Assembly (NCBI RefSeq): GCF_006345805.1 | Contig: NW_021826282.1 | Span: forward strand, 1-54,587 | Direction: 5' to 3' | Length of the DNA stretch: 54,587 nucleotides | Source of the DNA: Octopus sinensis | Taxonomy: Eukaryota | Part shown: in pieces, positions 1 through 14,234 of the stretch | How the letters are laid out: each line of letters opens with the position of its first letter | How positions within the stretch are numbered: position 1 is the first letter of the stretch | Made by a program: the position numbers and the translations under genes | The notes under the pieces: generated by a model | What the model was told of the DNA's origin: nothing | The model's database searches: none | What the model saw: only the letters and a program-made list of their open reading frames with translations

Positions 1-317
1 TGGCGTCAAGGAAATCTTTTGATCAGCGATGTTTCACGGGTATCGGGGTATATATTATATGATGCCGATAGTTTTGATGTGTTTGTTGTGCACCCGGTGA
101 TGTATTAATTTCCACCCCCACCCTCAACAATTCTCCATCTTCTCGCAAGGTCACGACCATTTACTACTTACCTATATGTGTGTCTGTGTTTGTCTTCATG
201 CGGATGTGTGCGATCGTGCGTGCGGGTGTATGCGTATACATCCTCGGAGTTATCTATGTGTTTGCAAATAAATACACACACATTCAAACGCACACATGTA
301 TGTAGATGTGTAGGATT

Positions 318-363
<46 letters not shown>

Positions 364-384
364 TACTTGTGTTGTGAACTATTC

Positions 385-513
385 GTTTTAGTTATTAGAC
401 TGCGGCCATGTTGGGGCAGCGTCTTGAAAAATTTTAGTCGAACAGCAAGGTTCCGGACCCACCCCTAATGCCCAAGGTGTCACGCATTAGGAGTGGGTCC
501 GGAACCTTGCTGT
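385..513 (-). mobile_element. Internally deleted SINE family A with a fold-back duplication of its head
   Basis: Tail piece TTAGACTGCGGCCATGTTGGGGCAGCG...TTTTAGTCGAAC joined to head piece GCCCAAGGTGTCACGCA...CCGGAACC. Confidence 0.6.
442..513. repeat. Near-perfect hairpin: 30-bp stem, 12-nt loop
   Basis: ACAGCAAGGTTCCGGACCCACCCCTAATGC-CCAAGGTGTCAC-GCATTAGGAGTGGGTCCGGAACCTTGCTGT; one mismatch, 463C/492A. Confidence 0.95.
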
Positions 514-1008
514 CAGTTTCCTTTCTTCAGCACCTTCACCGTTCTCTAAGCCTTTTCGTATTGGCCGGTTACGTCAAAGAGGTCACTTTACCTGCAGATG
601 CTTAGTATGTGTCATGCTCTGTTTTTCTGTCTTACTTATAAGATTCGTTAACTAAATAATCGGCATTCATGATGACCCTATGAGATTCCCTCTGTTCCAG
701 GTATTTCATCTTCAAATTTTTGCTATATATATATATATATATATAATAATAATAAATATTAGGGAATAAATCCAAACTTACAGGGAAAAATCAGATTTAG
801 GATTGAATCCAATGTTATAGTAAAATATTATTTGATGACAGTAGCCAGGAACGATCGTAGTGGATATTAATTATATTTTTTAATAATTGTTAATATTTAA
901 ATAATATAATTTAATTTATGTATTGGATTAAGTCTTTCATTGTTTGATTTGGCCTAATAGTGGTTTTGTCTCTAATTTAATATAATATAATATATATATA
1001 TTATTATA

Positions 1009-1055
<47 letters not shown>

Positions 1056-2178
1056 TATATATATATATTATATGTATGTATGTATACTTATATATGTATA
1101 TACCTTGGAATTTACAAAAAAAAAACGGAGCAAAAGACGAAAACGGGGTGTAAACTACAAACATATGTATTTATATATACATATATGTATATACATATAT
1201 ATATATGTACACACATACATATATACATATGTGTGAATATATATAACTATACACACACACACATATATATGTATGTGTTTATGTATGTGTATATATATAT
1301 ATTATTATATCTGTCTATCTACCATCTATCTATCTACATCTATATCTATGTATGTATGTATCTATCTATCTATATATCTATATATATATATATGTTTATA
1401 TATATATATATGTGTGTGTATATAGACAGACAGATAATAGATAGATAGATACAGAGAGAGATGTATCTTAAACGTGTGTGTGTGTGTGTGTGTGTGTGTC
1501 TGTGTCTGTGTGTTTGTGTGTTTCTTCTTGTAGACATATGATATTAGTTGAGGTCACTTATTACTCGGAGGCACAAATATTTAGCAATTCTAACCTACTT
1601 AAGATAAATTTATTTCCAGAGGATTAACATCGCCGCTGGGTTTCTTGTAAAGAAGGTTCTCATGAACGCCTGGGTACGTAATCGAGAGTCTGTGCGGATA
1701 TCTGTGCAGAATGATTCATCAACAGAAATAGCTGTCATCTGTAGAGAATCTGAGCATCACTCATATTTTCAACGTGTCTGTCTCTTCATCTAATACGATG
1801 CTAAAGATTTACAGGGGGATTAACGGCACCGCCTTGTGTTACGTCATATATAATTCCGGCCATATTAGGCAGAGCACCGTTGACCACGATCATTTAACTG
1901 CTGCTCATACAACACAGTGTTGTGAGGCACATCCTATGGAGTAATCCTAACTAGGCAGAGAAAGAATCGGAGTATATCTGCCGCAATGGGGTTCGGCATA
2001 CGTAGTGCCTTGTCAGGCTGTCTCTGGCATTTGTATCTGGGTTCAAGACTGATTTGACGCTATAAGACATCGAGGTGAATGGGTGAGAATGATAAACTAC
2101 CAATTCAACAATGACCACCACCACAACCACCACCAACACAACAACAACAACATCTCACGACTTCTACAACTGCTGCAG

Positions 2179-2225
<47 letters not shown>

Positions 2226-2398
2226 GCTGCTGCCTCCACAAGCGTTGACACAGTCCGTCGTTCGCCTCTTCAATCCCGCACCAAAGTAAAGAAAAAAATG
2301 TGCTTAAATTAAATATTGTTGTTTGTTTATGTTTCGTGTCACGCAAAAGACTTTGCTTCAATTTTATTGCAGCAATCTTTAGGAGTGATACCGCTTAT

Positions 2399-2815
2399 CT
2401 TTTATCTTGTACTTGTTTCAGTCATTAGACTGAGGCCATGCTGGGGCAACGCCATGAAGTATATTTAGTCCAATGAATCGAGTCTCGTACCTTTTGCTAC
2501 TTATTTTATCGATCTATTTTACCGAACGACTAAGTTAACACTAAGTAAATACATTAACACTGGTTGTCAATCGGCGGTGGGGGACAAACACAAAAACAAA
2601 GTCACACCACACACGTACTCACATATACACATGTACTCACATATACACACGTACTCACATATACACACGCAAACACACACACATACATATAGATGCGACG
2701 AGCTTCTTTCAGTTTCTGTGGCTCAGTCTACTCACGAGTCTGGCAAGCTCGAAGCTATAACGGTTACCGAAGGTGCCACGCAGTGGGATTGAACCCGAAC
2801 CCATGTAGCTGGGAA
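2399..2815 (-). mobile_element. SINE family A, diverged copy
   Basis: Reverse complement of the family A tail (CTTGTTTCAGTCATTAGACTGAGGCCATGCTGGGG) and head (AAGGTGCCACGCAGTGGGATTGAACCC). Confidence 0.8.
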
Positions 2816-4263
2816 AATATAAATGCACAACGGATACTGTGTAGTGTATGGGTAGCACACAGTTAGTGTATTATACATACGTAGTCACGATGTAGTGTAC
2901 ACGAGAAAAAAAATGTTTGCTACATAATAATACATACATTCACGTGGTTCCTTTGAAGTATGTTCGAGGCAAAAAAAAACCGCAACTGAAACAATTTAAA
3001 AATACACGTTGAAAGTAGGTACAACAAAACAAATCTTTATAATATGTTATTTTGCATAAAAAAATGTAGAATTAAAGAAATTATTGAATTAAGAAATATC
3101 TGCAAAAACCTATGCTAACTCAGTATTGTTACATAATAATTTTTTTTCAAATCGGTTAAATTTTCCGTCGTGTACTATTAAATTGAATACACAGAGAAAG
3201 TCTTTCAACGTTCTTCAATGCAAATTCTATTACGACTAATGTCGGTTTTTTAAAAAAAAGTTTAAAGTAGTTTTTTTCTATTTTAAGCTTTATTCTAACA
3301 TTATTCTCAATACATTTAAATAAGATAAACATAATTGCACATCTGTATTGGTGCATCGATACAGATGGTGAATAGGTTTGTCTTCCGGTAATGTAATGTA
3401 GCGAACTAATGTCGCATAGAATTTCCTTTAGATTAAAATAGCATAAAAATAATACAATCAAACAAGACCATTTGTCATGTATACATTACGTCTGCTCAAC
3501 AATGTATCTATAACCGAACTCAGCAAGAATATTTCAGAATCTTTTCTTCACTTCTCCGCTGTAACTATGGCTGTACTCAACAAAAGAGATTACCAATTGA
3601 GAAAAGATCTTTTTACTTGCTTAAAGTCACTCTACTGTGGCCATGCTGCAATGATGCCTTGAAGTTTTTAGTCAATCAAATCTAACTGAATACTAAATCT
3701 TGTACTTATATTTTAGGCCATGTTTTTGCTGAAGTTTAGGTGGCATAAACAAACCAAGATTGTTGTCGATTGGAGCGAGTCAGGCACAAGCGAAAAGGTG
3801 GACGCACCCGAGTTTATTTTACAAAACACTTCCAAAATGGCTGCACAGAGGGACGCAACATGATAGTACATGGTTGCGAAGCGAAACTTATAATCTCACA
3901 CCTCTACCAACACATTTGTCCATCAAAGCCAATAGCAAATTTTCCCTTGCCATCTTCAAAGCAAGCTGGGCGAGACCTATCTACGACCGCGCTTAGGCTC
4001 GTATCAATCCTTTCTCCAAGAGATGATTGAAAGGTGAGCTATATCTTATAGGCGGAAGGACACAGTATCAACAAGTTCGTGTGTATCAGAGACTTCAGGA
4101 ATGTAGAGTATTCGCAGTAATAAAAGAAAAACAAAATTGGGCTGAAAACACGCACCCGCCTTAAGATCGCACGCTTTTCTAATTGAAAACAAAATATAGG
4201 TGACACTATATTAGTTTTACTTTTTTTCTTCGGCTTTCTACATATACATGCATACATACATAT

Positions 4264-4307
<44 letters not shown>

Positions 4308-4801
4308 GTATATATATAATATATATACGTATATAGATACACAAACATACATACATAAATACATACATACATAAATACATGCATATATAATATATATATA
4401 TATATATACACATACCTACATATATATTATATATATATATATATATATATTATATAGAGAGAGAGAGAGAGAGAGAGGAGAGAGAAGAGAACTGCACGTA
4501 CGAACAGCCTTCTCACAACTCATTAAATTTTCGTCAGCAAAGGAAAATCTTATTTAATCACTTTACTAATATCTTTTTAATAAGATTATGGAGAACCAGA
4601 AAATTAATACCCAAGAGGGTAGTAATTTAAAAAGACAGAGAACTGATTCGCCATTTGGTAGAAGTTAGGCATGAATGTATCTTTGACTGTGTGCTTATGT
4701 ATGGATATGTGTGTGTGTACATTTATATATATCTACATATATATCACACACACATACCCATGCATTATGTATATATATATATATATATTAATATAATTCT
4801 C

Positions 4802-4899
<98 letters not shown>

Positions 4900-5280
4900 T
4901 GTGTGTGTGTGTGTGTATAGTATTATATATATGGATATATGTGTGTATGTGTATGTATTTATATATATAGTTACATATACAATCATATAGCGATGTATAC
5001 ATATAAATGTGTGTACATAGATGCATATGTATGTGTGTGTGTAGACGTACTTACATGTATATGTATATATAAATATAGATATATAGATAGATAGATTGAT
5101 AGATATAGATAGATAGAGAGACAGGCAGACAGATAGATCTATAGATAGATAGATAGAGATAGAGACAGAGAGATAATGAGAGAGATTTATAGATAAACAG
5201 AAAGCTACAAGCCTATATAGACGTAGATATGTTGATATATGGATTGATATGGAGGGGGAAAGCGCGAGAGTGATAAATGT

Positions 5281-6472
5281 CTATACATACACACACACAT
5301 ACATACACACAACAAAACATACATCATACCTACAAACATACATACATACATACATACATACATACATACATACAATATACATACATACATACATACATAC
5401 ACATACACACATACATACATACATACATACATCATACACAACATACATACATACATACATACATACATACAAACATACACATACACACATACATACATAC
5501 ATACATACATACACACATACACACATACATACATACATACATACATACATACATACATACACACATACATACATACATAAATACAAACATACATACAAAC
5601 ATACATACATACATACATACATACAAACATACATACATACATACATACATACATACGTACATACATACATACATACACACATACACACATACATACATAC
5701 ATACATACATACATACAAACATACATACATACATACATACATAAATACAAACATACATACAAACATACATACATACATACATACATACATGCTTGCATAC
5801 ATACATGCATGCATGTATGCATACATACATACATACATACATACATACATACATACATACATACATACACACATACATGCATACATACATACATACATAC
5901 ATACATACATACATACATACAAACATACAAACATACATACAAACATACATACATACATACATACATACATGCTTGCATACATACATGCATGCATGTATGC
6001 ATACATACATACATACATACATACATACATACATACATACATACACACATACATGCATACATACATACATACACACATTCATACATACATACATACATAC
6101 ATACATACACACATACATACATACATACATACACACATTCATACATACATACATACATACATACATACATACATACACACATACATACATACATACATAC
6201 ACACACATACATACATACATACATACATACATACATACATACAAACATACATACATACATACATACATACATACAAACATACATACATACACACATACAT
6301 ACATACATACATACACATATACATACATACATACACATATACATACATACATACATACATACATACATACATACATACAAACATACATACATACATACAT
6401 ACATACATACATACATACATACCCACATACATACATACATACACACATACACACATACATACATATATACAT
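5281..6472. repeat. ~1.2-kb (TACA)n microsatellite with higher-order units
   Basis: Direct inspection; lines 5761-5820 and 5941-6000 are identical. Confidence 0.97.
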
Positions 6473-7533
6473 ATGGGTGTGTTTTTATGCTAATATGTAA
6501 TTGGTTATATATTTGCTTTTTGCATTTTTAAAAATTTTTTTTGTGTGTGTGAAGCTGAAATGAATAAATTAAGGTCGAAGATATATATCTCAAGTTTAAA
6601 TAAAGTCATCGTACGAATGTTGGGGGTTTTCGCCTACTTCGTAATCCTATAAGGGAAATATATATGGTGACGAATAAATATTAATAAATTATGTTAATAT
6701 TGTTTATAACATGCAAAAGCACAGCGAATATACGGATATTGATACACACGCAAAAGTATATAACACGACTTTAGTTCATGAATGTGTGAGAATGCATATC
6801 GTGCGCGTGCTTATCTATAAGCGCATGGCGCGTGCACTTGTATTTATGTTTGTGTGTTTGTGTGTGCCAAATAGCTAAAGCATTTGAAATAGAATTTCAA
6901 ATCTGCAAGCTAGTGCTTGCAATGAACACACAGACAGTGATATGCACGCTGGTTTACACACACCCAGCATTAATTCTGGTTTAAAATACAAACTTGAAAG
7001 TTCAGTCAACGCAGAAGAGTTCCAACTGGGTGAAATCTTCAAGAGGTTCGAGTGTATAAGTCTACGATATCCATGTACCAGCAGTGGGGGAAACTGAGGC
7101 GCCATAACCTGGATGCGGCCCAGCCTCTTTATAGTCTAAGACGTTAAGAGCCGAACACTTGCCTGGTGTTGGTGGTGGTGGTGGTGTGGGGTCGGTTCTT
7201 CTCTGAAGACCTGATAATCCTCTCTGTTGAAAGTTTCTTACAACAAGTATATTACCATTTACCCACACAGGTAACATTCCACTCTCCAAACCACCGACGT
7301 TGTTTTAGGGAGAGGGAACCAATCTTGGTTCGACAGAGCTCGTTAGCATTCTCGTGGAAGGCGTCGCTGTCAAGGCTCAGATACCCGTAGTAAATACATA
7401 AAAGCACCCAGTCCGCCGCTTTAACATTTCCGTTAATTCAACGCCGTGGAAACAATCCAAAGTGATGTCAGCAACAACCTTTAGAGAAATGACTGAATAC
7501 GTGCTATTGTTATGTTAATACACTTACCCATTG

Positions 7534-7931
7534 AGGGCGGTGAGCTGGCAGAAATGCCTGGAGGTATTTCGTCTGCCGCTACGTTCTGAGTTCAAATTCC
7601 GTGGAGGTCGACTTTGCCTTTCATGCTTTCGGGGTCGATAAATTTAAGTACCACTTACGCACTGGGGTCGATATAATCGACTTAATCCCTTTGTCTGTCC
7701 TTGTTTGTCAACTCTATGTTTAGCCCCTTGTGGGTAGTAAAGAAATAGCTATTTCGTCTGCCGTTATGTCTTGAGTTTGAATTCCGCCGAGGTCGACTTT
7801 GCCTTTCATCCTTTCGGGGTCGATTAAATAAGTACCGGTTACGCACTGGGGTCGATGTAATCGACTTTATCCCTTTGCCTGTCCTTGTTTGTCCCCTCTA
7901 TGTTAAGCCCCCTGTGGACAATAAAGAAATA
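7534..7931 (+). mobile_element. tRNA-derived SINE family B, head-to-tail dimer within one target-site duplication
   Basis: Unit 1 at 7534-7748 (GGCGGTGAGCTGGCAGAA...GAGTTCAAATTCC...GGTCGACTTTGCCTTTCAT...AATAAAGAAAT-like end); unit 2 at 7749-7931 restarts at TATTTCGTCTGCCG. Flanks AATACACTTACCCATTG (7517-7533) and AATACTCTTACCCATTG (7932-7948). Confidence 0.9.
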
Positions 7932-8440
7932 AATACTCTTACCCATTGCATATATAAATGCTACACTTATATTTCATAGAATCAAATTTACCCTGTGTGA
8001 TGGGTAAGAGGTTTCATTATTGATTAACTCCGTGGGGATGTGATGAGGTGGCTTGTTTCCTCTTCTGAAGAGGCTGTAAGTAGAAGCTAAACCAATGGAG
8101 AGAGTCTCATTATCTTTCTCTGCATGCTGAGAAATAATTATATTTCTGATCATGCAGAGGTCGCTGGTGTGATTTCATTCCAGCGCAAAATATGCATACT
8201 TTTGTGAATAAGGAGCATTAAAGAAGGAATATCTCGCAAAGCTCTCGTTTTCACGAAATTTTCTTTTCATTTCAGCACGATTAACTTTCTCAAGCTCAAA
8301 ATCTTTAACGCTGCTACAAATTATAGATCTCCACTCTCCCATATTTATTGCAAGAGATTCAAGACATTTCTAATATAATTCAAGACATTCCAAATTTGAT
8401 CTTTTCTTCGGTTTACTGTTTTATATTTCTAACAATACGC

Positions 8441-8623
8441 TCAGCCATAAAGCGTTTGCTTAGGAATGCGATCAGCATCCAAACGAATGAGATGGCTTGT
8501 CCATCGAAGGTGTTTCCTAATAATTATGGTTTCGATTGATAAGATCCGAGCTTCAGCAAGAACCTCAGTTTCAGAAAAGAGTGAAAACCAACAGCTTGTG
8601 AGGATATGTCGAAGACATTTATG
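8441..8623 (-). mobile_element. RTE-clade LINE fragment (post-RT C-terminal region)
   Basis: Minus-strand translation HKCLRHILTSCWFSLFSETEVLAEARILSIETIIIRKHLRWTSHLIRLDADRIPKQTLYG matches the RTE pattern H.RCLR.IL.I.W.D...N.EVL......SI.......LRW.GH..R....R.PKQ.LYG. Confidence 0.75.
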
Positions 8624-9120
8624 TCAGTTCGAGCTTGAGTGCTACCAGTGATATAAAACCGAGAACAACCTGTAATAGGATGAGGTCGTCGGCGACTCGA
8701 CCGGTAACACTACCAGTCTTGCTTGGAGAGGAGGGTAGTATTTGAACACCCCGCAGGATGAAAACCACGTACGTATGTACCTATACATAAGTGTGTATGA
8801 GTTTGTACAAATGAATGGAGATACAGTTTATGGGTAGAATCAACAGAAAAAGTACTCCATCCACTAGAAGATAAACATCCATTGAACACACATACCGAAA
8901 GATTGCTTGGAGATGCATGGCGTATTTTATAGATATGCCTAGTTAAAATATCATAAAAGCATTAAACTCTTAGTAGCTATTTCGGTATGTGTAGAAATTT
9001 TATATATATACATACATATATACGCATATATGTTGAAATTCCAATGAAGGAGCTTTGGATCTAGGTTAGAAACCGACCCTTTCTCTATAGGCAAGACATC
9101 TTGAAATAAACAGAATAATG

Positions 9121-9505
9121 GTGGGAGTGGCTATGTGGTAAGTAGCTTGCTTACCAGCCACATGTTTCCAGGTTCAGTCCCACTGCGTGGCATCTTAGGC
9201 CGACCAAAGCCTTGAGAGTGGATTTGGTAGACGGAAACTGAAAGAAGCCTGTCGTATATATGTGCATACATATCTCAGTGTGTGTGTGTGTGTATGTTTG
9301 TGTATCTGTGTTTGTGTCTCCCCCACACCACCATTGTAAGACAACCGACGCTGGTGTGTTTATTTCCCCGTAAATTTGCGGTTCGGCAAAACAGACCGAT
9401 AGAATAAGTACTAGGCTTACAAAAAATAAGTCCCGGGATCGATTTGCTCGACTAAAGGCGGTGCTCCAGCATGGCCACAGTCAAATGACTGAAATAAGTA
9501 AAAGA
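9121..9505 (+). mobile_element. tRNA-derived SINE, family A, full length with internal (TA)/(TG) microsatellite
   Basis: Head GAGTGGCTATGTGGTAAG (A-box-like) ... GGTTCAGTCCC (B-box-like), body GGATTTGGTAGACGGAAACTGAAAGAAGCC, tail GCATGGCCACAGTCAAATGACTGAAA.AAGTAAAAGA. The same layout recurs many times in the window. Confidence 0.9.
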
Positions 9506-10088
9506 GTATACCATAGAGGAGTGTGACTTAGTTGTTAGAGATATTGACTCCAGATTGTTTGGTCACGTTTCCTTTCTCTGACCAAGTGCTTGCTGTGTGC
9601 TTGAACCAGACACACCATGTCCACCCAGCTAAATATAAGTAATGCCACTGATTGGAATTCAGCATAGAGTCTAAAAGCCATAATCCAACCAACATACTGC
9701 ACATAGAGGGCAGCCTCCAGATTTGTAAAAGATTCTTCACTTTTACCATGCGGTGCTTTCATATATACGTCCAAGAAATCTGCTGAGAGTTTACAGAACG
9801 AAATCGATGTACTGGCTCACTAGGTATTAGATCTCCTTCTCTCTATTAGAGGACTTTAATCTCTAAAATAATTATTTTAATCAAGATATATCTTGTTGAT
9901 CAGCGCGTGTGGTTTACACACATTCACATACACACACACACACACACAGACGCACACACACACTCACACACTCACACACAACACACGCATGTATAAAGTG
10001 GGAATTAAAATACTTCGAGTTTTAAGGACAGTATATGTATAATATGTGGAAAATATCACTTATGATAAGCTCATGTATTTATACATAC

Positions 10089-10124
<36 letters not shown>

Positions 10125-10214
10125 ACTACATATACATATACACATACATTTAAATTTCTATATTTCTATATATCTAATGATATATATATACTTGTATATA
10201 CATGTATATGTATG

Positions 10215-10246
<32 letters not shown>

Positions 10247-10324
10247 GATATATAGATATATATAGAAATATAGAAATTTAAATGTATGTGTATATGTATA
10301 TGTAGTACATATATATATATATAT

Positions 10325-10375
<51 letters not shown>

Positions 10376-11129
10376 ATTGGGACATGGGTTGTTAGTGTCA
10401 GTATTAATCCAACCATAATTAAGCTACCTTCTTCATTGGAAGCATTCAAACGAATCCAGTCCATTGTTGTGGTGGCAAGGCAGTCGAGTAATTACAAGAA
10501 TTCGTTTGCTTATCTCGAACATTCTCCAAACTGAGCTTTTAAACGCCATTCTAAATCCTTAGGAATTTCTTCTTAGCACTTAAACACACACACACACACA
10601 CACACACACACTCATACACAACATACACACACACAAAACACACACACACACAAGCACACATTCACACATACACTAAAACACGTATTCATGCTCATTTATT
10701 TAAATGTACCGCGTGTGTATATGTGTGTGTGTATGTATGCGTATGCATATAGATATCTGTATGTAAGTATGTATGTATATGCATGTGCATATACGCATAC
10801 GCTCATATATATGTATATGTATATATATATGGGTGTGTGTGTTTGTGTGTATGTTTGTGCGTGTGTGCATATATAGAAATATATATATATGTATATGCAT
10901 ATATATTATACATGCATATGCACACATACACGCACACACATATACGCATATATATACACACACAGACATTTACACATACGGATATGCTTTTACACACAGC
11001 GACTGATGCCCCCCCCCCCAAACAAACCAAAATTAATTTTCTCTGTTTTGCTCCCTTTCATAATAATCCTATAATGATAAGTTTTCAAAGCTATCGTTTC
11101 GGCATGGATAAGGGGCCGTGTAAGTAGCG

Positions 11130-12085
11130 GTGGTGTTCTATCATATATTCATGGTACTGGCTGTAGTAGACGTAGTGGTGGTGAGCAGTAAAGGCGCTGG
11201 TGGCAGTGGATGCGATGCTGCTGGTAGTAATGGTAGTGGTGGTGGTGTGGTGGTGAGGATTATAGTTTTGCTAGTGGTAGATGTGTTGGTGATACTGGTG
11301 CTTATTGCAGAGGTAGTTCTGGCGCTAGTATATTGTTGCCCGTAATCGTGGTGTCGGTGGTAGTATAGGTTGGTGGTAGTGATCATGCTAGTTTTATTTG
11401 CTTGTGTGAAAACTGATGTGGTTGTGGTGGGGGTGGTAGTAGTAATAATGGATGTAGTATTTCTGGAAGTATCTGTAGTGGTGGTAGTGGTTCTAAAAGT
11501 AGTGGTATGGGTAATAGTAATGTGGAGATAATTGCAGTAAGAGTGAAGTCAATAACGATGGCGGTATAGGAACCGGTGGTGGTGGTGGTGGTGGTTGTGA
11601 TGATGGTCGTAGTGATCATTTTTGTATCGGTACTAGTTGTAGTACATGTTGTTGTCGTAGTAGGGGTAGTAGTAGTATTAGTGCTGGTATTGCTGGTGGC
11701 AAAGGTGGTGGACGCTGGTGGAAACTGCAGTGGAGGAATTTCTTCTGGGTGATGAAGGTGGAGGTGGTAGTGGTTTGTGGTGGCGGTGGTGGTGGTGGTG
11801 GTGGTGGTTTTGGTGGTGGTGGTGGTGGTTTTGGTGGTGGTGGTGGTGGTGGTCTTAGTGATGGTCATGGTGTTGGTGGTGGTAATGCTAGTAGTAGTGG
11901 TGAAGGTTGTGGTGGTTGTGATGGTTGTGGTGATTGTTATGGTTGTAGTGGTGGTGATAGTTGCGGTGGTTGTGGTGGTGGTGGTTGTGCTGACAGTGAT
12001 GCTGTTGGTGGTGGCTGCGGCGTCGGCAGTGGAGGTGGTGGTGATCATGTTTGTGGTCTTGGTGGAGGTGGCGACTCTGATTAAG
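11130..12085. repeat. Degenerate trinucleotide (GGT/AGT/GAT) cryptic simple repeat
   Basis: G/T-rich triplet-phased tract producing Thr-, Val- and Gly-rich pseudo-ORFs. Confidence 0.85.
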
Positions 12086-12504
12086 CAACCAAGGAATCCC
12101 TCCTGGGGTACTTATTCTCGAGCACAAAATTCATTTGGGGTTTATCCGGGAAAGAATCGTTTTAAATGCAACGCTTCGAGTGAAATTGCTGCTTTAAAAA
12201 AATAATAAAAATAATTACAATTATAAATACTGGAAAATAACAAGAAACAAATAAAAACAACTTATATAACAATAACAACAACTACAACAAAAAATCAACA
12301 AAAATGGAGCAAAAAAAGCAAATATGAAAAGATGCCAAAATGCATATGTAGACATAGATATATATTTGTGCGTGTTATACACATGCATACATACATACAT
12401 ATTGCTACATATGCATATATAAGCATACATAACTACATATATACATATACATATATATGTATATATATATATATACACTTATATATATATATGTATATTT
12501 ACAT

Positions 12505-12551
<47 letters not shown>

Positions 12552-13109
12552 AATATATACATATATATATTCATACATTTATACAGTTATATATGTGTGC
12601 ATATATGTGTGTGTGTATGTATATATATGTGTATACGTATTGCAAAACAAAACACTGATTCTACGATGATATCATTGAATAAATAAACTGAAGAAATTTC
12701 ACACACACACACACAAACACACACACCGAAAGAAAGTCATTTCATGTTTGTCTCGATGTAATCTCATTGAACGGCCATGAAAATATTCAGGGCTTCCCTA
12801 AATATTTCAATTTTTCCCTTTTTTTTCTTTACTTTTATATCTTTTTAAAATTCGTTAATCGTTTGTCTGAAGGCCTCATTTATTTAATCCAATCGATAGG
12901 ATGTCTACTACATCGTCTTAAAACAGCTCATATACCTTACTCCTCCTCTTCTTCTTCTTCTTTTTCTTCTTCTTCTTCTGCTTCTGCTGCTGCTACTACT
13001 ACTACTACTACTGTTACTACTACTACTACTTCCTGTTCTTCTTTTTCAGTTCAACGCTTGATTGATTGAACAGTCGAACTATTGATTATTATTATTATTA
13101 TTATTATTA

Positions 13110-13141
<32 letters not shown>

Positions 13142-13671
13142 GTTGTTGTTGTTATCATCATCATCATCATTTGTAGATGCTAGCCTTGTATTCAGCATCT
13201 TAAACCCTTGAGGACAATAAAAAAACATAATCATCGCCACACACCACCACCACTACCACCATAATCATCATCATCGTCGTAATCATCATCATCATCATCA
13301 TCAACTTTATTGTTATTATTATTTTCGTTGTTTTCTTTTTATCTTTTGCTGTATATATTTTTTACTTTACACCCCCTCCACCACCACCACCACCACCACC
13401 ACCACAAAAAAAAGCAATATTTACGTTTTAAGTGTATTATATTCAGACGTTTGTCTCTTTATTTCAAAAATATTTTAAATGTCTTTTAGAATTTTTGCTT
13501 TCTTTTCCTTCAGGTTTTTCTTTACATATTTCGTTTAATTTTTCTCTCGTTTCTTTCTGCAGAAATCCGTAGACGGAAGAAAGAAAGAAACAAATAAATA
13601 AATGCGTTAATTAATAAATTAAAGGTAATTTAGTCTTTAGTGCAATGATCTCATGTCATTTTGCACCCACT

Positions 13672-14125
13672 TCTTTTTCTCGGTGATATGAGGCCAAGCT
13701 GGAGCAATCGAACAAATCAACTGCAGGATTTTGTTTTCTTTTTTGAAGTTTGGTGCTTAAGTTATTGTTTTTCTTTCGCAGAAGCGATAACTTACGAGAA
13801 CGTAAACAAACCAATACCGGCAACTAAGCGGTAATTCCACTCTGGCTATTTTTCCATCTAAAACTTTCTCTGAGCTTCAAAACTAATATATCCACTGCAT
13901 GCATCTAATTCATTCTGGTTGTACCAGCCCGTTTGTTAGTTTTGATTTGCCCCCACACACGCAAGGGGTTCTTTCAGTTTCCACCTACCAAATAAACGCA
14001 CAAGGCTTTAATCAGATCGCGGCTATAATAGAAGACACTTTCCCAAGGTGCCACGCAGCGTAACAGAACCTGGGGCAAAGAAGCTGGGAAGCAAACTTCT
14101 TACCCAACAACCAGCTTCTGTGTGT
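13672..14125 (-). mobile_element. Fragmented SINE family A (tail 13672-13830, head 13960-14125)
   Basis: GAGGCCAAGCTGGAGCA...CCAATACCGG and TTCTTTCAGTTTCC...CCCAAGGTGCCACGCAG...CTTACCCAACAACC. Confidence 0.6.
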
Positions 14126-14234
14126 GGGGGGGGGGGCGTTGTGTGTGTACACGCGTGCGTGTGTATGTGCATGCGTGCGTGTGTGTGGTGACATGCGTGC
14201 GTATGCGCACGTATACATATATACATACATATTA

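Noticed and set aside
1620-2090. Microsatellite-free stretch with a weak resemblance to a LINE endonuclease (AAGFLVKKVLMN)
   Set aside because: One short motif only, and the frames close quickly; not supportable without a profile search.
3750-4200. Possible mariner or pogo remnant (LAPIDNNL on the - strand; ACGCACCC motifs; CTTATAGGCGGAA)
   Set aside because: The matches are too short and fragmented to define an element or its TIRs without a library search.
4193-4210. ATATAGGTGACACTATAT, 16/18 match to the SP6 phage promoter
   Set aside because: No adjacent vector or polylinker sequence; also explained as a small local hairpin. Treated as coincidence.
5205-6531. Several 235-419 aa ORFs (MYVC/HTYI repeats)
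   Set aside because: Translations of a (TACA)n microsatellite that lacks stop codons; no coding signal.
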